DNA from: Anthoceros angustus | Lineage: Eukaryota; Plantae; Anthocerotophyta | Direction of reading: 5' to 3' | DNA length: 64,000 nt | Assembly (NCBI GenBank): GCA_010909165.1 | Contig: MU008182.1 | Location: 930,001 to 994,000 of the forward strand | Shown here: positions 32,839-43,294 of the stretch, piece by piece | Layout: each line of letters begins with the position of its first letter | How positions within the stretch are numbered: position 1 is the stretch's first letter | Notes under the pieces: model-generated | What the model was told of the DNA's origin: nothing | Databases searched by the model: none | What the model saw: only the letters and a program-made list of their open reading frames with translations | Made by a program: the position numbers and the translations under genes

Positions 32839-35800
32839 TCAAGAAATTGACGGCAGCGGAAAGGGCTCTCGCTGGTGAGATTGACGCGATGAAGAGGCTC
32901 TAGGAGCTACAGGCGAGGGGACAGACAGAGTAGCCATGGTGTTAGAAAAAGCAAGTTGCGGCACTTGCAAAGAATTGACGACTGATGAACCAAAAGGGAG
33001 CTGGCTGGTCTGAATTGTCGGTATACATGGTACAGACTGCGATGACTGCAGGCTCTGGGATTGTTCTGGAGCTTTGTGTTCAGGTGGTTCTGAGGATTGG
33101 ACGGCTTCTGAGCCTTCCACTGATGTTGAGGCTGGGTCCAGTGGGTGATCTGAAGAAACCGGGACTGGGGTATTAGAAGCAGGACTTGGGACTGGTGATA
33201 AAGTTGGGTTACTGGAAAGTGAGCCCTTACCGACGTGTGCCAAAGCTTCTGCCTTCATCTTGTTGGACCTCGCCGCTTCAAAGTAGGGATCTGCAGCCAA
33301 AGCCCGATCAAATGACGCTATTGCAAGATCCCAATCTCCCTCTGCAATGTGCAGGAGGCCCAGGTTATTGTAAGCTGGTGCGTAGTCGGGACATAGCTCC
33401 AGCGCCTTCCTGTAAACAGCATGAGCCTCACTGAAACGCTTCTTTTGCCGGTACAGATTCCCCAGGTTTGAAAGAATGGTGTGTACTAGCTCTGGACGAG
33501 CAAGAGCAAGGGCCTGTTTATATACGGCTTCAGCACCAGATGGGTCGTCCGAAAACTGAAGGGCAATACCTGGGAGACAGTAGACAGCGTTCAGTCATAT
33601 TGATCACAGATGAGGTTGACCCTACGGTTCATTCCTGCTTCTAGTTAACAACAGCAGCAACTCCTCATATCTCTGCAGGGCATGAGTATGCAAGCATCAA
33701 CTAGAGTACACGAATGTCACCTAAATTGGACCATGAAACTGGGCAGTTATGCCGTCTGGCAATTGCCGCTCTGAAGTACTTGAGTGCATCCCCAAATTGT
33801 AACGTACATAGTGTATGTAATCCAAGCTGATGCCACGGGACAGCATTGTTTGGATCTTCTTCTATTGCCTGCAAATACCCCAGATTTCTGTAAGAAAAGC
33901 TGGAAATACAAGAATAGCCCCAACACGTCATCCTTTTGCCAAAGTCACATGAGCGGATGTATGCTGACCTGGTGAAGACTTTGAATAGCCCGATCTTCTA
34001 CTTCTTTGAGATCCAAGCCACCTCCCTCAAACGACGCTACAGTTTCATGCTGAGCCCTGTTAACCATAGCCAAACCGGCCCATGCTAGATGGGGCTGCAC
34101 GGTCGTAGAGTCCCCTTCTCGTAAAACAGATGCCATTTCATTTGCTGCCCAGTTGAGCTGCTCAGACTGCTCTGCAGAGCCATCCAGCCGCTCAACATCC
34201 CGTAACCGATGAGCAGCGACAGCAAATCGAGTTGACATCCTAGACGGCTCCAACTTTGCTGCCTGGAAAAACCCAAAAGTGACGGGATTTAGGGGGCAAG
34301 AGAATACAAGATACCATAACCATTTCCAAGAAGAAACAAATCACAAGTGGGAAACATTCACTCAACCTAGGAGCTGTAAGTATCGTACCTGTTCCAAGCA
34401 CTTATTTGCATCCCATATGCTGCCAGATGCTGCATAGGCTGCTGCAAGATTGGCCCATATATGACCAGCTTTAGGATCATCCTTCACAGCAGACTGCAGA
34501 CATTGTTGAGCTGCGACAGCCGCAGTGTGCTGCAAGGAGTAGACACCGTTGTACCCCTCAGATCCTGCTGCTGTCCCTAAAAGTGCGGTTCACAGACACC
34601 GTTCAATATTGGAAACAAGTACAATTTCATGCACGAAACGTTTTTGAGTGAATGGTGCAAACCTGAGAAGCCATATTGATGTATCAGAAGGGCCCCATAG
34701 TTTACTAAGGCACCTGGGTGAGTTCTTTCCTTCTCCAGCACAGCTTGAAAACAACGCGTCGCATTCAAGAGATGTCCACTGCAATTTCAGAATCAACTGT
34801 TACGAGCTCCAAAATACAACTTCCCCTACTCATCAAGGACCTTGGCATCCACGTAGGAACCTCAACGTTTCGTAAGCAGTATATACAGCAAAAACTGAAA
34901 AGGCTACCTTTGCATGTACGCGACACCCAGGTTGGCCAATGCATCCAGATAGTCTGGAACGATACTCAACAGTGCTGAAAAAACAGCCACAGCACTCTGT
35001 CCAATGACAACAAACACGTAAGCAAAAAGTTAAGAAATTCAGTACCAACGATATTCAGTGTAAAGCAAGCAAGCAAGATCACCTGTACTCGCCCAGTCCT
35101 GAGGAGCAGCAGTCCTAAAGTGTTCCAAATCGAAGCTTGGCCACTGTCTTCTTGTGCCCCTTCCCTTACCTTACTGGTCACACCCTCCAACTCCTCTTTT
35201 TTCAACTCTTTCCCCGAATGTCCCAGTTGGACCGTGAGGTTGCTGTGCAACAAACACTGCATTCCCAACGGCTGTTATATCAGAAGAATCTACGAAAACA
35301 TGATTCAAATCTTGATCTTTCAATAGGATTTCCTCTTAGGTCAACTGCATTCTCTGAATATGGATTCCTTCCACAACTCAGAATCCTAGAGCACCCTACC
35401 TCTGCCTGGTGGATCTGGACGAGCTGAAGGAACTGCGCTCTGTTTTGTCCACTCTCTTCCTCTGACTGCTTAAGGATCTCGGCAGCCTTTTCGAAGTTCG
35501 TGGCGGCCTGCCAGGATGGAGAGAGTGTTGTGAACTTGAAGTCATGTACAAGACTTTTAAAATACAGTGCTCAACTCACGAAACACTCAAATTGCATCAT
35601 ACCAGAATAAGCCGTGTCTAAGAAAATGCTTACTTTAGCAGGCTGCCCCAAGCGCTGAAACATGAGCCCCAGGAAAAACTGCGCGTGCGCATTCTTAGGC
35701 AGCTTCCGCGCAACATGCATGAGCCCCTGCACAAATTGTAGGACAACGATAAGCCACCTCCGCGTCAAACACGCAAGAGCAAAACCCGCACTCTAAAGCT

Positions 35801-36566
35801 CGGTCTCACTCATCGTACCGCCTTCAAGCTCTTGAGTTTCTCCTCCCTCGTGGTTGGAACGCCCGTTACTTGAGAATCCGTATCACCGTCCAGCCCCGTA
35901 TCAAGGTGTTCGCTCTTCGGCTTTGCGCGTGACTTGGCTGGCTTGGCTGCCTTCCTCAAATCCTCTCCATCTTTCACCACCGGGCCTTCCTTACTCCCTT
36001 TCTTCCTCTTCCTCTTCTCTTCAGGCGGGGACGCCCTGATCAGCGCAGGAAACAAGAAAAAGACGGAATCTCATTACACGTGGCAGCAGAATCAACAATT
36101 CCCTCCTCCGCGTCACTTTACAGCAACAAACCGCACACGGCTCGGCGAAATACCTGCTGCATTCCTGGTGCGGCATGGTGGCCGCACTGGGAGTGCTGTC
36201 GCTGGGAACCGGACCATCCGCCTCCCCGTCGCTGGCCGGCGGCTCCGCATTCAGGTCGGCAAAACCTCCCTCCCTGGTTGCGCGCAGCCCGGGCTGCGCC
36301 TGCGAGCTTGCCGCCACACCGTTCACATGGCTCATCCCTCCCTGCTGATACCCGCCCTGCTGCGCATACGGATTCTGATGCTGCTGCTGCTGCTGCTGAT
36401 GTTGCTGCTGCTGCTGCAGCAACGCCTGCCTGTGCAGCGCCTGCTGGTGCGCCGCCTGCTGCTGCAGCATCTGCTGGTGCGCAGTCCCTGACGGAACCAA
36501 GCCCCTGGGATCCATGGCCTGCCTCACGGACCTACCTCCCTGCCAGCGCCGAGGTCCCTCCTCCAA
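32839..36566 (-). CDS. Conserved plant TPR-repeat protein with N-terminal polyQ, multi-exon
   Basis: ADLNAEPP, REEKLKSLK/GLMHVARKLPKNAHAQFFLGLMFQRLGQP, IWNTLGLLLLRTGR, HIWANLAAAY, AVPWHQLGLH, SWSNLG; consistent GT-AG exons; start could be 36566 or 36515. Confidence 0.85.
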
Positions 36567-37285
36567 GACCCCCGCAACGTCCCGGCCTCATGTCCGTACC
36601 CGCCCGCCGCACCTGCGATCCGCACCAATTGCGAAGCGGGCTGTTTGCGCATCTGCGGACGATCGCGCGGCTGCGGGGAGCGTGAAAAATGAATCCCGGC
36701 AAGAGGCAGAGGCATCCGCAGAGGCCGAGGCAGAGCAGGGAGAGCAGGCGTGCGCCCTTCGCCTGCGGCGGCAGCGCAGGACAGGAATCAGGATTGCGAG
36801 TGACGAGAACAAACGACCCTTGAAATATATAAGGTTCGGATTTGGTGTCAGAACTCGCGTAACTCTGCTGTGTATGGGTGCTGAGCTGGCACCTCCTGGT
36901 TAGCTGCGCACAAGTGCCCGCTTCCAGGTTGCGCCACCGATTCCGCCGGTCCCGCCTTTAACACACTTGCACTTTGTCTGCCTGTTTCTGTTTCCCTGGC
37001 CGGCCTTGTCCTTGCGGCTCACGGGTTACCGGCACTGGCAGCCGCTTTTTTTGCCCCTTTTTTCCTTTCCCGGACGTGAACCGTGATAGGACACGCACGC
37101 TTGTTCTTTTCTATCGTAACGATAGGACACGCTTGTGCGGTTGGGGTTTCACTATTCACAAATACAATCACGATTCACGATTCACGACTCGCGACTCATG
37201 GCTTCCCGGAGGAAGGAGAAGATGGAAGGTGCTGATTCTGGAGGCTCTGAAGGTTGAAGGCAAAGGAAAGCTTTGGATCATTCAG

Positions 37286-39832
37286 TCAATGCCTGTCTCT
37301 GCAAGAACAGGAGCCATCCGCAAAGCGATGAACTCGGTGAGCGTCTCTCACGATGATTTCCCGCTTCTCGAGGCGGGACATGATCTTGGTGCTGCTATGG
37401 CAGTCCGTACACATGCGAAGGTTCTTGGTGACCAGCAGCGTGGTGCCCTCCGGCGTGTTGAGGAGGCCATATGCTAGAGCTAGCTTCTCGGCATGGCCGC
37501 ACAGTGCGAGCTCCTTCTCCTGCTCGTTCAAGGCCTTCAGAACCAGGTCTGTGTGCGGGATGTGGCCTCCTTCCTCCTTTACCCTGGCGTATACGCTGGT
37601 GAGCTTCGGGGAAAGATCGGACCTGTCTTCCCCGACGGTGAACTCGTGCAGGGTTTTCTGCACTTCGATGCACGCCTTGGCGGGCTTCTTCACTGCCCCT
37701 GCCGATTTTCTGAGCCTTTCTATCCTACCAACGTCGTCCCACCTGCCGGCGTCGGCGTAGATGTTCTCCAGCAGCACGTACGAGCTGGCATGTTCAGGAG
37801 CCAGTTTCACGACCCGGTCGAAGCAGCGCTGGCCGCGCTCCACGTCGCCATAGCTTCTGCATGCTGTGAGGAGAGATTTCCAGCCCACTTCGTCCTGCTC
37901 GCAAGCCCTTGTTTGGAGTACATGCTCTGCCTCGGCCAGATGGCCTGACCGGCCGAGGAGATCCACCATGCAGTTGTAGTGGGAATCGGTGGCCGGGATG
38001 CCGTAATCTTCTACCATGATTTTGAAATACTGCTGGCCCTCGTGCACCAAGCCGGCGTGACTACATGCCACCAGAAGGCAGAGGAAGGTGGTCTCGTTGG
38101 GCTGGATGCCGTGCTGGAGCATCTGCTGGAAGCACTGGATGGCCAGTTGGGCATCGCCATGTTCAGCGTATCCGTTCAGCAAGGCTGTCCATGTGACCAC
38201 GCCCTTCGTGGGCAGGTTGTGGAATACGGTAAGCGCTTCCTCCAATCGTCCGCACTTCGCATACATGTTGACGAGGCCGTTGCCGGTGATAGCATGAGCT
38301 TCCAAGCCTGTTGCACGGATCTTGGAGTGAAGCTCCCTCCCCTGCTGCAAGGCTCCCACATTGGCACATGCTTGAAGAAGACATACGAAGGTGACATGAT
38401 CAGCTGGAGTTATGCCCTCGTGCTGCATGCTAGCATACAGATCAAGGGCCTCTTGCCCAAGCCCCTGGTGGGTATATCCTGCGATCATGGAATTCCATGT
38501 CACCACATCTCTTGTGGGCAAGCGGTCGAATAAATTGCGAGCATCCTCCAAGCTCCCGCATTTGGCATACATGTTCACCAGGCTGTTACCGATGACTGCA
38601 TCAGCTTCTAGCCCTTGTTCACGAAGCTGTAAGTGAAGACGCTTTCCCTGTTGCAGGGATCTTGAACTAGCGCATGCTTGAAGAAGGCACACGAAGGTGA
38701 CATGATCAGCTGGACTGATGCCCTCCTGCTGCATGCTTCCATACAGGGCCAGGGCTTGTTGCCCTAGCCCTTGTTGGGTATATCCTGCGATCATGGCAGT
38801 CCATGTCACCACATTCTTGGAGGGCAGATTGTCGAACACCTTGCGAGCATCAGTCAAGCCTCCGCACTTGGCATACATATTCACTAGGCTGTTGCCAATA
38901 TAAACATCGTCCATCATACCACAGGCCTGGACATCACCATGAACCTCCTTCCCCGAAACCAGGTCCTGTGCAGAAGCACAAGCCTTGAGGACTGCCACGA
39001 ATATATGGTTGTTTGGCTCCACACCCGTCACTCGAAATTGCCGATACAGGTCGATAGCCTGTGCGGCCTGTCCCTGTCGGGCATGGGCCAAGATGATGCA
39101 GGACCACATGTGAAGGTTGGGTCTGGACACTTTCGTGAAGACCAGCCCTGCGTCATCCAATTTCCCAAGAGAAGCATACATCCTGATGATGTGCGTGGCT
39201 AAGAAAGCATTGCCTTCATACCCATATTTGAGAGCAAGAGCATGGACAAGCCTGCCACAAGCCAGATTCTTGTGCGCCGTACACCTCTGCAGGAGGCCGT
39301 AGAAGACGGCGGTGGTGACATGACCTCCTCCCTGCACCAGGAGATCCAAAGCTGCAACAGCCTCGTTCAGGTCTGCCTCCTGACAACGTTTCCTCAAGGT
39401 CTGAGCCATGGAGTGCTCCATGGAAGCACGACACCCCCTCATCTGAACATCCCACACAGCCAGCTGAGAATCCACCCATGGCGGCTTCTGATAGTTGCTC
39501 AGCCATATGGGCTCGTCGGACGTCTTGTGCCTGAAGTCGGGATGGCGGGGGCTTTCTTTATCAGCCCTATTGTCCCACCACTCCGAGGGATGCAAGAAGA
39601 AGTGGTGCCACAAGAGCTCCTGTCGGTGCTTCTCTGTGATTCCCTCTGTGCTTGCATCGAACTGTTCCGGGCGGTTGCGGAACCTATATCCGCCTTTCAC
39701 ACAAGAGGAGCTTGGGTGAGCTGACAACAAGTTGGGCATGTAGGACACCCCAGAGCGTGGCTGCGTCACCAACTTCCCCGAATCCCAGAGTGCGCAATCC
39801 GACACCAATGCCAGTTCCAGCTGCATCCCCAT
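37286..39832 (-). CDS. PLS-E1-E2-DYW:KP (DRH-type) PPR protein, candidate U-to-C RNA-editing factor, with N-terminal OSB-like PDF motif
   Basis: KKPAKACIEV replaces the PG box; HAEKLA; KNLRMCTDCH; HRFADGSCSCRDRH terminus; N-terminal WHHFFLHPSEWWDNRADKESPRHPDFRHK..PIWL...PPWV. Confidence 0.95.
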   Translation of the reverse strand: MGMQLELALVSDCALWDSGKLVTQPRSGVSYMPNLLSAHPSSSCVKGGYRFRNRPEQFDASTEGITEKHRQELLWHHFFLHPSEWWDNRADKESPRHPDFRHKTSDEPIWLSNYQKPPWVDSQLAVWDVQMRGCRASMEHSMAQTLRKRCQEADLNEAVAALDLLVQGGGHVTTAVFYGLLQRCTAHKNLACGRLVHALALKYGYEGNAFLATHIIRMYASLGKLDDAGLVFTKVSRPNLHMWSCIILAHARQGQAAQAIDLYRQFRVTGVEPNNHIFVAVLKACASAQDLVSGKEVHGDVQACGMMDDVYIGNSLVNMYAKCGGLTDARKVFDNLPSKNVVTWTAMIAGYTQQGLGQQALALYGSMQQEGISPADHVTFVCLLQACASSRSLQQGKRLHLQLREQGLEADAVIGNSLVNMYAKCGSLEDARNLFDRLPTRDVVTWNSMIAGYTHQGLGQEALDLYASMQHEGITPADHVTFVCLLQACANVGALQQGRELHSKIRATGLEAHAITGNGLVNMYAKCGRLEEALTVFHNLPTKGVVTWTALLNGYAEHGDAQLAIQCFQQMLQHGIQPNETTFLCLLVACSHAGLVHEGQQYFKIMVEDYGIPATDSHYNCMVDLLGRSGHLAEAEHVLQTRACEQDEVGWKSLLTACRSYGDVERGQRCFDRVVKLAPEHASSYVLLENIYADAGRWDDVGRIERLRKSAGAVKKPAKACIEVQKTLHEFTVGEDRSDLSPKLTSVYARVKEEGGHIPHTDLVLKALNEQEKELALCGHAEKLALAYGLLNTPEGTTLLVTKNLRMCTDCHSSTKIMSRLEKREIIVRDAHRVHRFADGSCSCRDRH

Positions 39833-40028
39833 GTGATCAACATTGGTTCCTCAGTCGCCCACAATCACACATTGCCCGGGCGAAACCAGCTCTGGCAACT
39901 CCAGCCTGTTAGCTCCTGTCGAGAGGAGCAATTGTGTCATGTGGGTTTCAATTTACATGTCCAAAACAAGTACTGTCCATTTCTGGGTGTGATGCCAGTG
40001 GGTGCTGCACGCTCTTCGTAGCTGGCCT

Positions 40029-43000
40029 ATGGATTGTCTGTGTAGATTTGGATCCTCCACCTTGTATCCGAAGCTGCTAACTCGTCGGGCGGACTGCGTT
40101 ATTAGTAGATTCTGCAGGGGGGATGTTCGTGTTGCCTTCCAGAACGCCGATCATGTGACGGGGCTGTGTACGGATGGAGCAATGGCTGAGGCACTGGATG
40201 CTCTGCAGATCATGGAGGAGGAGGGCATTGTGGCCTCGCTTGAGACTTGTGCGTCTCTCTTGCAGAGGTGCAGCAAACTAAAGTCTCTGTCCCAGGCCAA
40301 GCTAGTACATGCTTACATTGCAAAAAATGGGCTAGAATCGCAGGGCTGCCTTGGTGACTTGGCTGTCAACATGTTTGTCAAGTGCGGGAGTTTTCACGAT
40401 GCAGTGGAGGTCTTCAACAGGTTGCCGGAACGCACCGTTTTCTCTTGGACGGTGCTTATTTCAGGCTACACAGAGCAAGGGAGGGTTGAAGAGGCTTTTA
40501 AAGCTTTCCGGCAGATGAAAGTGGAAGGTGTGAAGCCCAATTCCTACACTTATGTGAGTATGCTGAAGGCCTGCAGGAGCGTAGCAGATCTCCAGAAAGG
40601 GAAGCAGATTCACGCTGAAGTTTTAGCTACGAGGTCGTTCAACCTGTTTGTGGGCACAGCTTTGATCAGTATGTATGCAAAGTGCGGGAGCATGAAAGAT
40701 GCCCGGGATGTCTTCGACAAATTGGAGCAGCCCAACGTTGTGTCATGGAATGCGATGATTGCAGGATATGCTCAAAATAAGCAGAGTGACCTTGCACTGC
40801 AGCTCTTTTCCCTGATGCAAGAAGAGGGTGTGCAATCAGACAAATGGACTTTTGTCAGTGCACTCAAGGCGTGTAGTGGCTTGGCAGCGCTGGAAGGGGA
40901 GACTCTCATTCATGGACAAGGTGTGAAGTTGGAGTCATTGTGGAGGGGCAAGATTATCCACTCGGAAGGTGTTGGAAGAGGCTACGAGTCTGATGTGTTT
41001 GTTGCCAACACTCTGGTGCATATGTATGCGACATGTGGGAGTATACGGGAGGCCAGGTATATGTTTGACAAATTGCTGCAGCGTGATCTGGTGTCCTGGA
41101 ATGCGGTCATTGCTAGCTATGCTCAGCAACAACAGGGTGAAGAAGCTCTGCAACTGTATAGACAAATGCAGGATGAAGGTGTTGAGCCTGATAAATGGAC
41201 CTTGGTTAGTGTGCTTAAAGCTTGCGGCAATCTGGCTACGGAGAAGAAAACTTGTATTGAGGGACAGACGTTGAAAGTGGAGGCCCTGAGGATGGGTAAG
41301 GCTGTCCATAATCTGGCTGTTAGACTGGGTTGTATATCAGACAAATTTGTTGGGAATACACTTGTCAACATGTATGCACGTTGTGGGGGCCTGCACCAGG
41401 CCAGACATGTCTTCAAGAACTTGGTGCACAAGGATGTGGTGACATGGAATGGCCTGATTGCAGGCTATTGTGAGCAAGAGGAAGGTCACAAGGCTATTCA
41501 ATTGTATTCAGAGATGCAAGCCGAAGGTGTGCAACCGAACAGGCATACCTTTGTCAGTGTACTCAGAGCATGTGGCAGCCTAGCAGGCACGGAAACAGAC
41601 ACTCTGCTCCATGGAAAACCACTGAAAGCCCAGTCCCTTGGAATTGGTCAAAAGATTCACGGAGCAGTTGTCAGACAAGGGTATGAGGAAGACCCACATG
41701 TCAGTGCAGCTTTGATAAGTATGTACTCAAGATGCGGGAGCATCTCAGATGCACAGCTTGTATTTGACACTCTCCACCAGCGGAATTTGATGTCATGGAA
41801 TGCGCTGCTTGCAGGATATGCACAGCACGACGAAGGCGAACAAAGCTTTAACGTGTATTTGAAAATGCAGGAGGATGGTGTGAAGCCTGACTGTAGAACG
41901 ATCTGTAGCTTGCTGAAAGTATGTGGCAGTCTGGCAGCCAAGGAACAAGAGGTAGTTGTGGATGGTCAGTCAGTGACACCAAATTCGCTGAGCAAGGTGG
42001 AGTCTATCCATGGTGCGATTGTTAGATGGGGTTTTGAATCTGATGCAACAGTCGGAAATGCTTTGGTTCATGCATACTCAAAATGTGGGAGCATGGTGCA
42101 AGCTCAGCAAGTGTTCGCAGGGTTGGACGAGCCTGGTTTGGTCACATGGACGGCGATGGTCGCAGGGTATACTAAGCAAGAGCAAGGCCAGAGGGCATTG
42201 CAACTGTCTAGACAATTACTAGGGAGTAGTTTGGAACCAGATGACGCCACCCTTGTGTCTATCCTGAAAGCCTGTGCCTGTGTTGGAGCCCTAGAAGTCT
42301 GTCGGCAGATCCATCACCATCTTCTCGGTAGGATAGACTCCAGCATGCTCGTAGCAAACACTCTCATCCACGCATATGGAAAATGTGGAAGCATGCTTGC
42401 AGCTCAACGTGTCTTTGACTCGCTGTCCCACCCTGACGTGATCTCATGGACAGCCCTCATGGCAGGCTATGCTCGCCAAGGTGCGTCCAGAAGGATCGTG
42501 CAATGCTTTGACGAGATGCGAAAGGTGGGTGAAGACCCAGATGAAGCCACATTCATTCCCCTGCTCACCGCATGCAGCCACTCGGGGTGGGTAGACAGAG
42601 GCCTAGAATACTTCGGGTCCATGGGTAGGGAGTTTGGCATCCCTGCAACCATCCAGCACTATGCTGTTCTGGTTGACTTGCTAGGCCGTGCGGGACTCTT
42701 CGGAAAGGCAGAGAACTTGATCTCCAGGATGCCGATGCAACCTGACTTGGCAATCTGGATGTCCTTGCTGAGTGCATGCCGAAAGTATGTGAACGTAGAA
42801 GTTGGCAGACGTGCCTTCGACTGCGCTGTGAGTCTCGCACCAGCAAACAGTGCGGCCTATGTGCTCATGTCCCATATCTACAATTGCGCTGAGATGTTCG
42901 AGGATGCATCCCAGCTGCTGGGAGTGAAAGCAGCTGCAGTCTCATGGAAGGAGCTTGGCCAGAGCTGGATCGAGCATGGGCAGGAGGTGCATGTATTTGT

Positions 43001-43109
43001 GGCTGGGGACAGGGTGCATCAGCAGACTTGGCAAATCTTGGAGGTCCTTAAAGAAATTTCTGTTTCTGCACATCTTGGACGTGCACGAATGAGTAGTGCC
43101 AGCAAATGA
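40029..43109 (+). CDS. PLS-class PPR E+ protein with four extended (LL-type) L motifs, no DYW
   Basis: First in-frame ATG 40029; L motifs carry ~15 aa inserts; ends KELGQSWIEHGQEVHVFVAGD..H. Confidence 0.93.
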   Translation: MDCLCRFGSSTLYPKLLTRRADCVISRFCRGDVRVAFQNADHVTGLCTDGAMAEALDALQIMEEEGIVASLETCASLLQRCSKLKSLSQAKLVHAYIAKNGLESQGCLGDLAVNMFVKCGSFHDAVEVFNRLPERTVFSWTVLISGYTEQGRVEEAFKAFRQMKVEGVKPNSYTYVSMLKACRSVADLQKGKQIHAEVLATRSFNLFVGTALISMYAKCGSMKDARDVFDKLEQPNVVSWNAMIAGYAQNKQSDLALQLFSLMQEEGVQSDKWTFVSALKACSGLAALEGETLIHGQGVKLESLWRGKIIHSEGVGRGYESDVFVANTLVHMYATCGSIREARYMFDKLLQRDLVSWNAVIASYAQQQQGEEALQLYRQMQDEGVEPDKWTLVSVLKACGNLATEKKTCIEGQTLKVEALRMGKAVHNLAVRLGCISDKFVGNTLVNMYARCGGLHQARHVFKNLVHKDVVTWNGLIAGYCEQEEGHKAIQLYSEMQAEGVQPNRHTFVSVLRACGSLAGTETDTLLHGKPLKAQSLGIGQKIHGAVVRQGYEEDPHVSAALISMYSRCGSISDAQLVFDTLHQRNLMSWNALLAGYAQHDEGEQSFNVYLKMQEDGVKPDCRTICSLLKVCGSLAAKEQEVVVDGQSVTPNSLSKVESIHGAIVRWGFESDATVGNALVHAYSKCGSMVQAQQVFAGLDEPGLVTWTAMVAGYTKQEQGQRALQLSRQLLGSSLEPDDATLVSILKACACVGALEVCRQIHHHLLGRIDSSMLVANTLIHAYGKCGSMLAAQRVFDSLSHPDVISWTALMAGYARQGASRRIVQCFDEMRKVGEDPDEATFIPLLTACSHSGWVDRGLEYFGSMGREFGIPATIQHYAVLVDLLGRAGLFGKAENLISRMPMQPDLAIWMSLLSACRKYVNVEVGRRAFDCAVSLAPANSAAYVLMSHIYNCAEMFEDASQLLGVKAAAVSWKELGQSWIEHGQEVHVFVAGDRVHQQTWQILEVLKEISVSAHLGRARMSSASK

Positions 43110-43294
43110 CTGGACGTATATATATACCGTCCCCTGACATGCCATCCTCTCGGAGTAGGACTGGCCAACAAGGAAGCCGGCGGTTCATGTCACAAGTACA
43201 CGGGGTATGCAGCGAAGCCCTGACCGTTGGTGGTCGCTGATCCCTGTACGTCCTCAGGGCCGGAAGGACTAGCTTGTGGCGGATTAAATCGAGG

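Noticed and set aside
32839-36566. TPR gene as SPINDLY/OGT
   Set aside because: No glycosyltransferase catalytic domain visible; TPRs only.
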